DNA of 64,000 nucleotides from the human T2T-CHM13v2.0 reference genome, Homo sapiens, in NCBI RefSeq assembly GCF_009914755.1, contig NC_060941.1. One strand, 5' to 3'. The position numbers were made by a program, and so were the translations under genes. Under the pieces are notes generated by a model. That model was not told the origin of the DNA, searched no databases, and worked only from the letters and a program-made list of their open reading frames with translations. Below, in pieces: positions 17,637-34,167 of this stretch. The stretch's first letter is position 1. Each line of letters begins with the position of its first letter.

Positions 17637-20600
17637 TCATGAGAACACCGAGGGAGATGGAAACAAAACGCTGACCTTCCTCCCGTCCCCATAGTGAAGC
17701 ATCCGTGTCCTGTTGTCCCTCCTGCCAAATATCAGGTATCAGGTACCTGACCAGTTGGCATCCATCCTCTGTCCTTGCTTCTCATGTCCACTCTTGTCTT
17801 TTCCTAGAAACTGACAGGTTCTCAACCTGAAGGAACACAACAGAGGGAAGGGGCCTTGGAGACCCAAATCCCTGGTGCTGTGAGTCTTTTGAGTCTTACC
17901 TCTACCGGGTTGTATTGGCCCCGAGGGGGCAGTCAGCTTCCAGGGGGAATCCTGAGCCCTGGAATCCATTCAGGTGGATAGGTTGGGACCAAAGTACTTT
18001 GTGGATGAAGGAAAAATCAGTAGGAACCCAGGGCTTTCCAAAGACCTCATCTGAAACACCTGTTTGGCTTTGTAAGCCTTCAAAGGGTTCTCAGGGCCAA
18101 AATACAGAGAAGAGCATGCGGCTAATTTCGGGCCTGGGCCTGAGCATGACCATGTCCTGTGGAACTGTGGTTGGACCCGTGTGAAAAGGGGGTCAGGTGC
18201 ATGAGGCACACCTGCAGTTCTCACCAGCAAGAAGCCACAAGAGCCAGGAGGGTCGCCTTCCTTTCTCCCAGTTTTCTATTTGCAAAATTTGTCGGAGGTA
18301 TTACCAGAGTCCTCTGTGTGTCACCTCAAACCCTTCTTATTAGAAATCACCTAGTGAGCAGGGCTGCCTCCTTGAGTCCCTAAAAGAAACTTCTCAAATG
18401 AGGCTTTAGTAGATGCAAATGTCCTCCGGCCTCTTCCAAACCTGGCACTATCCAAGTGTCCTCAGGCCTCACTACTTGGTGTAGATAGATGAATGGGGTG
18501 ACAATGTATGTGGCAGCAATCATCAGCACCTCGCTGGCTTGAATATCCCACTTGCTCACATCAGACGCCCACCCCCACCAGCCTCCTTGGACGAATCCAA
18601 AAGTGACTCGCTTGGGCTCCCCAACCAGGTTGCAACTCCAGTCGCCATGGAGTGTCCGGCATACTCTTCTTCATCTGCATTAGCTACTTCCTCCCCAACA
18701 CCATCACTGTCCTCTGTCCACGAAGTGGCAAGAGGAAGCCTCACACTGTGGCTGTCACTGGCACCCATCATAAGAGGTAGACATTAGGGCCATGGGAGTT
18801 TTCTCCCAGCCATGGGCCTGAAGGCTGAACCACTTGGGACACTCCAGACCTATCCAGCTCCTGGTAGGCTTGGCAAGGGTCACAGCCACCCTGCAAACCC
18901 CCAGCACATCCCTGAGGGCCAGTCAATTCATTGGGTATGTTTGTCAAGACTGGGCAGGGAGAGGACACAGAACAATAGACTCTGTATTTTCTGACCCTGT
19001 AAAGAAATGGAGTGATCTGGTTAACCAGGAATTTTGATGAACATAATTACAACGCAGTCCCTGCAGCAAGGATACAGGAAGTTCACCCATCAACCCTCAC
19101 AGGGAAACTTGCCAAGCTGGAAATATGGAGTCTCCGGGGGGACAAGGATTGATGAAAAGATTTGCAAATGATCCTGCAAACTGCAAGGATGAGTTGGACG
19201 GCCCCTCCTGGGTCAGAAGTCATGTCACAGCCTTGCAGCATCTGAGAATCAAGCTGTCGGCAGAGGGTAGGAAAGAAATGCCTTCCACGTGGGCCTTGCA
19301 GAACCCCTATTCCTGCATGACCCTTCCTCCTCTGACTCTGGAGAATGAGATTTTTATGGTCGTTGCACCTGCTGTACGAATGTAAGACAGAAGGGCCAGT
19401 TAATAGGGTTCCAGAGGAGACAATGCAAGAAATGAGGAAAACTCTGAATGTGAGCATGTTTCTTGCATCTGAGATGGCCCGTCCTTTTCGTTGGTGGCAT
19501 CTCCCCAGCGGCGCCATACGGCATGATGGGGATCTGAGAGACGCCCACTCTTCAGCATGTTTTGGAAGAATCTCGGCATTGACGAACCAGCATAATTGTG
19601 CCACCAAATATCAGAGTCACTCTTTTGGCCTCTGATAGACGGGTTTGGAGCAGGTGCCTAAAGGCCTTATGACTGTGTTTTAGAACCACAGGATCTGGGG
19701 TGGAGGACCTGGAGTGTCATCCCACAAGCACCCCTGAAATACAGAGAACAGCTCCAGAAATAACAAGGGAAGCAGGGACTGCTTCCCCGCCTTGAAGCCT
19801 GGAGGGGTTGGGGAACCTCAGAAAAAAAAAAAAAAAAAAACCCTACATTTTGTTCCATTTCAAGGTCTCTCTGGTCCTGATGTTTCAGCACAATTAAAAA
19901 TGTAATTATTAAATGACAAGGTAGACTCCTCCCAATAGCCGGTTCCAGCTTCTGGATTCCAAGCCAGAAAACCTGAATGACTGTGCTCGCTGGCTTTTGA
20001 TTAACAGAGACATTTTATTCAAACTCTCCATTTCCTGATGAACTGTTGAGGAATGTTGCTTCTTTCCTCCTCCCCCTTCCCTAGCAGAATAAAAATAGTG
20101 TGGGCCATTCTGATATCCTAGCCCCAACTCAGGATGACAAAAGCATTAGGAGACAGCACAAAGGCCTAGGCATAAAGAGGTGCTGTGTTCCCAGACAGCA
20201 AGCTGTGATGTGTGCAATTATCTTAGCCTCTCTGGGCCTCTGTTTCCTCATCTGTGAAATGGGGGGATTGCTAGCCTTGAGGTCCTATAACCCATGCATG
20301 GGACGGCTTTTGTAACACAGCCTAAAACCACAAGGAAAATATCAAGGCAGTTAAATGTCCAGCTCAGCTTCCAAAAACAGCAGCCACATAAACAAAAGAG
20401 ACGACAGAGGCCTGACAAGACACAAATCTTGATGAAATATTGCTTTGCTCGCTGCAAGCTTCCCTCCAAACACTTTTGGGCTCTAAAGAGAAAGAGGTCT
20501 CAAACTCTTTTGGTCTAGATACCCTTTCATTTACTCAACCAAATCTGACTTAGAATCGGTGGGAAAGAAAGGCTTGTCTGAGACACCAACAAAGCGAAGT

Positions 20601-22012
20601 GATATACCAAAAATTGGAAATGAAATGCATGCCCAAATCACGGTATGCGATAGTGCACATGACCTCAGGTCTGTATGGGGAGGCTGAACAGTTGGGGATT
20701 CTCTTCCCCTTTGCCACAGGTCCCTGTTACGGCCAATTAATGCTGAAACGTCCCTATTTGTCAAAGGAAGGAGTTGAGCTAGTACTTTTCTCTTCGTCCT
20801 AAAGATTAATGATCTTGACATGCATCCTAGGTTTTCTATGCTAGTTGATATCTATAACGATATCACTTGTCCTGACCTAGAAAACACTTTTGAAGGACAT
20901 TTTGTAGATTGTTGACCTAACAGACTCCCTAGGGAGTTCCTGGAAGGGTGAGGGCCCCTCTAAAGGATTGCTGGTCAACTTCCCTTTGCAGCAGAAAAAG
21001 CCTGGGAACAAGAGAGTTTTGCCAAACTTGGTATGGCCCAGAGAGAGAGAGAGACAGAGAGACTATCCTCCCTAGCCTTCCTTTAGTATTAAGCTGCAAA
21101 GCCCCCAAATGCCTTATGTCATTGTTTTGGGCACTTTCTAGACTTCTGAGGAAAACCCCAGAACCAAATTTACCAAGCGTCCTATTGCATTCAAAATGGA
21201 TTTAAGTTCAGAAGCAAGGGAGGGAGTCCAAAGTTGCTAGCTGGATCAGTAACAGGCTCAGTATCTCATGCAAAGCAGCCCGCTCACCAGAAAGGATCTT
21301 CAAGCACAAGCGACACAGCTGCTGCCCGCAGATGCACCGGGGGGCAAAAGCTGGCTTCCTCGGGGAATTAGTGCTGTTGTAAAGAAGGCAGACTGAAGCT
21401 CATTATGGTATAAGAGTAGGTGCCTCTGACGGCCCGCCTGCACCTGCGATCCAGCTGGCCTGGCTTTGTGGCCACCAGTTGCTGGCTGGAGTGGCCTGCA
21501 GGCACTGAAGGAAAATGGAAGCAGCTCATTTCCCCAACACGGAGACTCATTCCACTGACTGCAGTGCCTACGGCCTGTGCTCCAAGTGATTCTAATCAAA
21601 GACTTCTGACTCCGAGAGATGGTTCCTGATGAGGTCTGAACCCTGAGCTCTGGAGGGAAATGAAGTCTAATAAGGGCTGGAACCGTTTCCAAGACTCAGT
21701 AAGGGGTGCAATTCTCACCAACCCGATTCAACTAACATTTCTGGAGCTGCTGCCGCTGGCACATATAAAGTAGGCAAATGGTGACAGCCAAGGGCCTTGC
21801 TATGGAGATGTGAGACCTACCACTGCTCTGTGCCACCGTGCGAAGAACACAGGATGGGAATCGGAGCTGGTAAAGCTGCAGCAGTCTCGCTGGCAGATCT
21901 TGAGCAACCTCTTCCATCTCTGCTGGGAGGCCTCAATTGCTTCATCTCTAAAACACGGAAGTTGGACCAGATGGTCTCCAAGGGCTTTCATATATACATA
22001 TATATAGCCTAA

Positions 22013-22412
<400 letters not shown>

Positions 22413-24143
22413 TCATGTCTAGGAGGCATCTGACTGTTCCTGAAACGTGGGCTGTGCCCCAAACACCAAGGATCCTGCCTTACTGCACCCAGGATTCTGT
22501 GCTTCCACCTCTCACCACACTGAGTTCTGTCCTGATGCGTCCACCTCTTCCCTGTCACTCCTCCGAGCCACGTGAGTGGTCTTAGCTCTATTTGCCTAGC
22601 AACTGGATTTCTGCCCTGGAATCCTGGGCTTCTGTCTCTGCATCACCCTGGATGCACCAAAGGCGGGTTCCAGTGGAATTTTTCTGGGCCTGTTAGCAGT
22701 TAGCACTTCTGGCTGACTGCTCACATTACACCCCTAACACACAGCCCACTTCAGCTTGGGGGCAGCCCACCAACAGCCTCTGCACCCCACACGCCCTCTT
22801 CCCAAGAGCTTGACTTCGGCTCTTCCCAGCTCCTTGCATGCCCTTCAGTGTTCTTCTTCTCTGCTACTCCCTCCACCCCCATGAAGCACCCAACCACGAT
22901 CCACACACAGGCCTGCCAGAACTCCCTGTGCCCTACAGTCAGACCCAAGGCAGCCACACCTTGGTCAGAACTTGAGTGATTGGTCTGGGTTCCTCACAGC
23001 AGCAAATCTCCAAGTGTGGCCCCCGCACGGGCAGCATGAAGTTCTCTGGGATCTGGCTATCAATGCAGAGCCCCAGGTCCTGCCCCAGCACCGGATCTTA
23101 CATTTTAAAGGTTCCCGGGTAGTTCAGATGCACGTTAACCTTTGAGAAGCACTGCTGTGGACGGTCCTAGGTCAACTAACCCGTTAGAGATGCTCCTGGA
23201 TAACAAGCACCATCTCCCTTCCCCTGGCACTGTGGGAACAGGAAGCCATGCCAGAATCAGAGATGCTGATGGGCCCAGGGAGGTGGGAGAGCATATCCTG
23301 GAGGGAGACCATGTACCAAAACAGGCCAGCCTTTCCATGCAACCTGGACCTCTCACAGCTGTACAGAGCCTCAAGAGAGTGATCACCACTCTCTTGGAGG
23401 TCCTCCTTTGCAAAGAAAGAAGATGGATGCGTAACTTCTGGGGGTGGAAAGATTGGTGAAACAAGGCTGTTGTACTGCTAAGTATCAGAAGAGCTTCCAT
23501 CATCACTGTTGCAGCCTCCACCACCAAGCTGGAAAGATGTCTCAGCCAAGCCTGGAAGCACAGTGCATTACTGGGCAGGTACTTCTGCTAGGGAGCCATG
23601 ACCCCAGGAGCTCCCACTTACCTTCATAAAGTTTTATAGTCCTCAAATGGCTTTTGCCTTACAATGCCCCAGCTAGAACTGGGCCGTGGGGTAAAAGCCA
23701 GATAGGTGGGTAGAATCCAAGTTTCTTACTTGGAAAAAGTTACATGGAGGAAGCAAGGTTTGGACTCCATTAAAATCACATCACCACTCTGCTTCTCCAT
23801 CACACAGCTCCAACTACGAAACTGCTCCCCAGGTAACTAGGGGAGCCAAGACTTCCTTTCTCTCCAAGACATCCTTCATAAATCTTTCTCCTCCTCCCAT
23901 CCGCTTTTCCTGATCTCTCACACAATGACCCACGTCTTTTTTTTTTTTCCTCCCTGCTCATGCCTTGGATCTGTGAAAGGTGCCCCCTAGCACACAGGGT
24001 CCCCAGACCACCACAGCTCAGCAGTTAGACCCCAAATCTCAGTTTTCAGAGCTGCCTCTTTACCATGGCACAGTCATTTTAGAAACATGCAGAGAAAAGC
24101 AAACTGGAGCATACATCTGCAGGCAAGAAAAATCAATTCTTAC

Positions 24144-24470
24144 CATCAGAGAACAGCTAACCTTCTCTGGGGGCTGCTACCTCAGAGGAGAGTCTTGGGT
24201 CCTGCCTGAAGCCCTCAGACTCAGCACCAAGACTCCGCCGGCTTCCTCTTCATGGCAGCCTCTCCGGGAAATGGGGCTGAGGCAAGTCGCTAGCCCAGGG
24301 CCAGTGTTCTGGGCACCCCAGCGGAGGTTCCTGTGGCTTTGCTCATTGCTGTTCTTTCACAAAGAACCCACTACATTGCATAGTTCCTTCCAAATCCGCT
24401 CCAGTGCTTGCTGGGAAATTAACAACTTGTTCTGGACTTTCCAGATGCAATGTTTCTGGAGGCCTTTCTT
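24144..24470 (-). other. GAS7: Alternative first exon of GAS7 ending in the start codon (gives MKPGMVPPPP...)
   Basis: Minus ...TCTCTG ATG|gtaaga at 24144-24146; in-frame TAG at 24177-24179; joins phase-0 exon 2. An MKPGMV-starting GAS7 isoform agrees with my recollection. 5' end is estimated. Confidence 0.78.
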
Positions 24471-24730
24471 TTTTTCCCACTCTCCCTCTTTTTCCCCTTT
24501 CTCAGCTAAAAAACGTTGGCTGAGGTCACAACAAACAATGGCCAAGCTTGTGTCACTGAGCAGATGCCTCCCACCCCCAGGCCTGTGGACAAGGGCAGCT
24601 TTGTCCACTGTGTTTTAGGCGGGACTTCCTGGGCCTGCCCAAGCCCTGCTGGAGAATGTTTTGGCCAACTTCCTCCCAACCCTAAGTCACAGCTCTGGTC
24701 CTGGCCCCGGCCCCGGCCCCAGCTGTGTGA
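24470..24730 (-). promoter_or_regulatory. Putative promoter of the 24.1-kb first exon
   Basis: Repeat-free; GC-box/ETS composite GGCGGGACTTCCT 24618-24630; (GGCCCC)3 24703-24720. Confidence 0.45.
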
Positions 24731-25589
24731 ACCCAAGGCCAGATAAAAACCAACATAAAAAGAACGGAGAATGTTCCCCCAAAGAACCACTGTGTGGAAA
24801 GCTGGTGCCTCCAGAGGGGCGAGATGAAGGTCTCTTGCCTTCACTCTGCCCTCGCCACCATCAAACCTGGACAGATAACGAACAAAGACAGGCTCATGTG
24901 AGGTCTCCACTGAAAGGGGCCTGAGGATCACAAAGTCATTAGTTACAAGTGGAGAAAGGATTGGACCCCAAGAGCAATACTGCAGCCACCAACTAAATGA
25001 GCTTGGGCAGGGCTTGGATCCTTCATGAATATATCCTATCACTCCGTTTAGAAAGGTTTTTGGAGCAGCTGACTATTTAGCACTCAAAATGCCGCATATT
25101 TCTGTGTTTGCTTTCAGATGCAAACCTTTGGGGTTTTAGGAACTGATTCTTTATATAGAATTAAATATGGTTTTCTAGAGAAACCAAGATCCTGAGGACC
25201 GAGTGGTTCCCTATTAAGCAAATGGATAAACTTATTTATGAAGAGGTTTCAATGCCAGCTCCTTGGGTCGGGGGAAGAAAATAAGTACAATCGTCTAAGG
25301 ATGGAGTCAGACCAGAGCTAAGCTGTTGTTTTACTACATACTAGCTCCAAGACCCTGGGCAACGGCTCCAGCTTCAATTTCTCCAAGTGTAAAATGCAGA
25401 TGATCACAGTATCTTTCTCAAAAGATTGCTGTGAGAGATTAAAGGGGGTGGGGGTGGGGCATCCATGTAAACATTTCACCTAGTGGACGAAGTAAATGCT
25501 CAATGAAAGCTAGGATTTTTGTTGTTACTATCACCAGTGGCTGAAAGGTAGGCACTGCAGTTACCCCGGGTCCAAAAAGAGTCCAGACT

Positions 25590-26945
<1,356 letters not shown>

Positions 26946-27009
26946 AAAGCCCCCAAGACCCACAGAGATAGTTTAGATCAAAAGACCCTGTGACCCATAA
27001 GCCGCTTCA

Positions 27010-27412
<403 letters not shown>

Positions 27413-27451
27413 AGACGACGAGGCTGGCCACCTATAGCAGGACTCACTCAC

Positions 27452-27560
27452 CATGGCTCGTCTTGCGTTCAATCTTGGGGAGACCGAGGTGACACAGCCA
27501 GCATCCTAATGTCAATCGAGGGATTTTCCGTTTAGGGGTGTGGCACCCTCTGGGGCTCCC
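27452..27560 (-). other. GAS7: Candidate alternative 5' exon ending GCC ATG|gtgagt
   Basis: Near-consensus donor directly after a GCC-ATG; in-frame TAG at 27506-27508; 5' boundary unknown. Confidence 0.45.
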
Positions 27561-28588
27561 AGAGGGGGTGACAATGTGCCTTTCCCTTGGACATATCAAT
27601 TCCTTCTGTGTCCGCATCCCACCTTCCTGGTCTTTTCTCTTACATGCCTGACAGCAGGGCCCATCTCTTCCTTCCTAAAGTTACTGACGTGGCTGCTGGG
27701 GGGACTCTTCCTCCCTCTCTAATTGCTGGGTTTCAATCTGCTGCAGGAGTGGCTGTGAGGATCTTGTACTGAGCACTCACTTTGGACCAGGCGCTGTTCT
27801 ATGCTTCACATGTTTCATGTCACTTAATCCCTCTAACAAACCAAAAAGGAAAATTCTATGATCGCCCTCATTTAACAGAGGAAAACAGAGGCTCCTGCGA
27901 GAGATTGGGCAGGATGGGTCAGAAGAACAAGCCACAGGGGCAATATTCTAGGCCATGGGGCCAGCCTGAGCCAAGGTGAGAGAGAAACCGTGTGGGTAGA
28001 GGCTGTGGGGGAAAAGCAGGTGGATCCATTCATTAGAGTTTAAGAGGCATGGGAGGTGAGAAATATAGTAGTGAAGGATGGCATCAGATCATGGGAGGCC
28101 ATGAGGACACCAAGAACTAAGAAATTTCGATTCTATAAAGGAGAAGAAACCATCAGTGGATTCTGAGCCAGGGAGAAGTCACAATCAGGGCTGTGCTTTG
28201 TAGAAATCATCATGATACCAGGGTATAAAAAGGTCAAATGTGAGGGAGAAACTAGAGGGAGGAAACCGGCTATAGAATCCCCCCCACCTTCTTTCTCTCT
28301 CCCCCCTCTCACCCATCATAAAAACAAGAGAAAGGCAATGCTCAAGCCTACACTTGCAAAATGGTCCCAAACCAGCCATGAAGAGGAGGCAAGAGCATCA
28401 CATCCAGCGGTGGGGAGTCCCCCACCGGCAGCTGAGTTATTTGCATCTTCTCTCTGCAGTGTGGGAGGAGAGGCCGGGTGACGAATCCACACACTCGCTT
28501 TTGAGGTCAGACATGCTACAGAAATAGACAGGACCAAGATACTTTTCTGTTCTTGGAGATGGGCTCTCACCCATAAGAAGGTAAAAGC

Positions 28589-28907
<319 letters not shown>

Positions 28908-29724
28908 TCATTTGAACCTAGATGGCCAAGACCTTCACCTTCAGTCCTTACAGGTTTGTGAAATTAAAATGGCCATGAAAGCTTTCATAGCCTGTGACTC
29001 CTCAGTTTTGTAACAGCAAAGAGGGGACAGTTTTGATGCTGTTAAACATTAACAGCCGTCTCCGACACCACTTTGACATTGCATCACACAGACGAACAGA
29101 TACAATCACAGACAACAATGCATCACTCCAGGCAACACACAGAAATCACTGTCATTGCAAATCCCAGTAGGGCCCCCAGCCAAGGGCAAGGGACCTTTCC
29201 GGGCCATTACAAACCAGGAGGCTGATCTGCTGTGGCCTGACCTCAGCAGAACACACTAGTCCTGCAGACATTTAATTCTTTAGGATTCCCCAAAGTTAAT
29301 CTCTCAGAGTATGGAAGACTCACGAATACATTCTAAGGGTTTACTGTTTGGGTTCATCCTAGCATCTCAATCCAGAAGTCACTTTGGTTTTCCTTTATTA
29401 ACCATCCTTAGTGATTAGCGTTGGCCGTGAAAAACACGCTACTGGTCTCTCCTTGTGGCCTCTGCAAATAGATAGGTTGCTACATATGAAGCCACACACA
29501 CGAACGGCAGACAGCAGAGAATCCGTGATCCCAAAGCAAAAAGACTGATGATATTTCCACCAACCTGAGTTTTCCTGAGTTCAACGGCATCAGATAAGAC
29601 CAACCCTCTTATTATTTTTTTCGTTTCAGTCAAGTTGAAAACTGTCAACCAAAATAGGCCTTATTTGCTGTAGGCCCTTGTCCTCTGTAGGATGAATTGG
29701 GTTGTCTTAAAATGATAATTAATA

Positions 29725-30024
<300 letters not shown>

Positions 30025-31101
30025 AGATAATTAATAAGAAAACACATCTGGGTAGGGTGATGACTCACTTTTGTAACTGCTTCACAGTCATGAACGGAAA
30101 AATTATTCATCAGCCCAAGCAGTCTCTAGGGTACAGGGTCTCAGGGACGCCCCCTTCCTCCATACGTGGCCCCCTGTCTGCATGATCAATCAACCAACTA
30201 ATAGTTACTAACTACCCTTTCCTGAATCCTGTGTGGGATGCAGGCAGGTATTGTATGTAGGACCTGACTCCTAAAATTCGGAAGCTAAGTCGCAAACATG
30301 GGCAAAAAAAAGGAATAAGTATCAAAGGAGTCTTCAACAGTGCCAAATGCTATGTGATAAGCTGGCAGACAATAAGAGCTTTCAGAATCCAGAGGAGGGC
30401 GAGGTCACTCTTGGCTGGGATGGTACAGGGAGGCTTCCCAAAAGATAAAGAACTTGCCTCACAGCAGGGATAAAAAACAAGGGCTTGACTGGAGCCCGAG
30501 GAACATGATGTACGAAGCAGAATAAGGTTTGATAAAGGACGGGACATAAGGAAATGAGAGACAGCGAAGTTGATTCGGAAGGAAATGACAGAAGTTCGAA
30601 CCAGTAACTCGAAGAGATGTGGCTATGGTGACAGCCAGTTTAGGGGGATGCAGTAGAGTCTGTTGACCATGGATCCAAGTTCAAAGTGTTCGGTGGGGAG
30701 TAGGGGTGAGTCTGGCCCTTGGCACATGGAGCTGGAGCTGGAGGCATCTGCTCAGAGATGGTGGTGAGATCCTACAGGCTGACAAGGAGTTCACAGAGAA
30801 AGAAAGGACCTTGAGCTGAACCTTGGGGCATGCTCTTGCTTAAGCAGTGGGAGAAGAATTATTCTCCCCCAGCATGCCTCAGGCCCAATCCCTCCCTCTC
30901 CTGTGCCTTTCATTAGTGCATGCAACACCCCCAGGGCCCCTCTCCAAGACTTTCAAAGGCAAGAACCAGGTCTTCATCTTTTTCACCTCTAACCAGACTA
31001 GTGCTCAACACTCAGGGGCTACATGGGGAATGAACGATGTGAGTTCTGAGAATCAGGCAGAGAAACCAAATGAAGAGGGGGGATACAAGAAGAAATAAGT
31101 A

Positions 31102-32467
31102 CAGCTGACCCTTGAACAACACGAGGGTTTAGAGGTGCTAACCCCCATCTCCCCATGTGGTTGAAAATCTGTACCTAACTTTTGACTCCCTCAAAAGTTA
31201 ACTACTAACAACCTACTGCTGACTAGAAGCCTTAGCGATAACCTAAACAGTTGATAAACATGTATTCTGTATGTTATCCATATTACAGACTTTATTCCTA
31301 AAGTAAGCTAGAGAAAAATAAAATGTTAAGAAAATCATAAGGGGCCGGGCACAGTAGCTCACACCTATAATCCCAACACCTTGGGAGGCTGAAGTGGGAG
31401 GATGGCTTGAGCCCAGGAGTTCGAGACCAGCCTGGGCAGTCTGGTGAGTGAGAGCCCATCTCTACAAAAATAAGTGAAGATAAAAAATAAAAATAAATTA
31501 ACCTGGCATGGTGCATGCCTGTAGACCCAGCTACTAGGCAGACTGAGGCAAGAGTATTCTTGAACCCTGGAAGTTGAGGCTGTAGTGAGCCAAGATTGCT
31601 CCACTGCACTCCAGCCTGGGCAACAGAGTGAGACCCTGTCTCTAAATAAATAAATAAAATCATAAGAAAGAGAAAATACACCTACAGTACTGTACTGTAT
31701 TTACTGATGCCATAAGTTTACATCATCTGTTTAAAAGATGAAACCTTTGAAATGGTGGCAGCAGCAGCTGCAGACGTCAGTCTACGGTACCTGACAAGCA
31801 ATTGAACTTTTTCTTGTAATGTCAGGACTTTTCTCTGCTTCTGGGGAATGCTTTCAGCATCACTAGTGGCACACTCTATGGGTCCCATGGTGTTATTCGA
31901 GGCTTATGGCATTGCACTAAACATGATGAAAAATACATAGAACAGTGAGGGCTTACATTTTACTGCGATACCCAATTTACTGGAGTGATGAACTGTTCAT
32001 CCAGGGCTGATCAGCATCACATGACAAGCCGATGCTCTCAACACCTGAGCTCACTGCAATAACAACTAGGGGTGGCCATGAAGTTACTACAGTATATACT
32101 ATGGCTAGTTTTATGCAGTTATGATTAATACTACATCTTTGCCTTTGTTTACATTTTGCTTAAATATGAATGGTGCCATACACAGTCTGAGTGTTTGTGT
32201 GGGTAAAATTTTAAAAATTTTAACTTTCTGTAGATTTGTATGTATTTTGTGGTAGTAAATGATAAACTAGTATCGAATATATTTTATGTATTCACGGCAT
32301 GTCTAACATTTTCTAAATTTTTTTGGTATTTCTAGACTAGGTAGTCTGTCTTCAATTTTTTTCAAATTATCACAAATCTCCAAAAATATTTTCCAATATA
32401 TTAATTGAAAAGAATCCACATATAAGTAGATCTGTGCAGTTCAAATCCATTGTCTGAGGGTCAACTG
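31102..32467. mobile_element. Tigger2-family (Tigger2b-like) non-autonomous DNA transposon, with internal AluJ (~31343-31655)
   Basis: TA|cagctgacccttgaacaac ... gagggtcaactg|TA terminal inverted repeats and TA TSD; ~1.05 kb without the Alu. Confidence 0.85.
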
Positions 32468-32482
32468 TAGTTAAGAGTGTCC

Positions 32483-32770
32483 GGCCAGGCGCGGTGGCTC
32501 ACGCCTGTAATCCCAGCACTTTGGGAGGCCGAGGCGGGCGGATCATGAGGTCAGGAGATGGAGACCATCCTGGCTAACATGGTGAAACTCCATCTCTACT
32601 GAAAATACAAAAAATTAGCTGGGCATGGTGGTGGGCACCTGTAATCCCAGCTACTAGGGAGGCTGAGGCAGGAGAATCACTTCATCTTGGCAGTGAGCAG
32701 AGATCGTGCCACTGCACTCCAGCCCGGGCGACAGAGCGAGACTCCATCTCAAAAAAAAAAAAAAAAAAAA
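32483..32770 (+). mobile_element. AluY/Sc-like with small right-arm deletion
   Basis: ggagaatcacttcatcttggcagtgag replaces the usual right-arm segment; TSD agtgtcc. Confidence 0.9.
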
Positions 32771-33124
32771 GTGTCCAAGTGAGATGCCAAAGAAAATGCT
32801 CGCTGAATACAGAAAGGGTGTGTCTCATTTATCTTGGAAAGAGAAATATGGAAGAGTGATGGGTGTAGACTTGGATCACAGGCACACAAGGACCTATGAG
32901 CATAGGATGCAAAGGGAAGCAAGATCTTTAGATAAGATGCCATTAAAGAAGAGAACAAGAAAGAGGACAGGCCATAGACTGTGGCTGGCTCCAGACCAAG
33001 GGCTGTGCTGGGCAGAGGGCTCCCGTGAGGTGACTGCAGCCAGTTTCTTGTACATATCATGGTAGAGTCCTAGGACCCTTATAAAATTTCTATGTGTCCC
33101 ACCCCATAAAAGATTCCTAGTATT

Positions 33125-33413
<289 letters not shown>

Positions 33414-34167
33414 ATTCCCAAGTATCAAGTGGACATATCAGAAACGGCACCCAGTTGAAAAGGCCTCCAAACAGCCCTGATTCTAAGAGATCCCACAGCT
33501 TGGTTTCCCCTTCCTGCAGTCATTCATATCCCACTGTGACACCTTGTTCCATCCATCACTGTGTACCAGCCGCACTATTATTTACTCAATATTTTTTTCG
33601 AACTGACTTATATCCCACTGAAATGTAGTCTGGCCCTAAGCAATAATATCTATGAAATCACAGATTTGATTTGGTTTCTTTCTACTACACACTAAAATAA
33701 ATATAACTTTAAAACTGTCATCTCCACATGATCTAAAATTATCTCACGGATCCTTAGTTGGAAACTCAGCACACTTTGAGAAACACTGTCTCTGGCTACA
33801 CATCAAGTCACCATGCAGCATCCACAAAGTGGTTCTGGAGATTCTTTTTTTTAATCCAGAAAACTGAACTTGAATTCTCTACTGACTACGTCCCCACAAC
33901 GACAGGAACACGGTACCCGGCGTGTGACTGAATCTCTGGGAGATTAAGGGCATGGCAAAAGGAGATGCAGGGGACTTCCCTGTAAGAAGCATCTGACAGC
34001 TGCCCCAGGACACTGCCTATCAAACCAGCAATAAGAGGAAAAGAACAGGAAATAACTCATCCAATCTTAAAAACAAAATCCAAAAATGACAAACAGAATC
34101 GGAGGAAAAAAAAAAAAACTCGAGAACCATGAGGCCAATGAAGGAAATGCAGAAAATCTTGCAAACC

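Noticed and set aside
18500-19640. Repeat-poor stretch with several ORFs up to 174 aa
   Set aside because: No recognisable protein, pseudogene hallmark or splice structure; cannot be assigned without a search.
21710-21810. Possible third RFX/TATA module (TATAAA 21764, CTTGCTATGGAGAT 21796, donor near 21719)
   Set aside because: TATA is in the wrong orientation for GAS7, the X-box is degenerate, the spacing differs and the implied exon is too short.
23616-23672. Strong donor AAG|gtaagt at 23622 with a possible acceptor near 23672
   Set aside because: The 50-nt exon has a modest acceptor and no other support; isolated strong donors are common (likewise TGG|gtaagt at 48921).
24220-24239. TCAGCACC RE1 half-site
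   Set aside because: Right half and spacing do not match.
23980-24618. 212-aa plus-strand ORF overlapping the 24-kb first exon
   Set aside because: GTG start, no recognisable domain, antisense to a GAS7 5' UTR; [14 protein letters not shown] chance.
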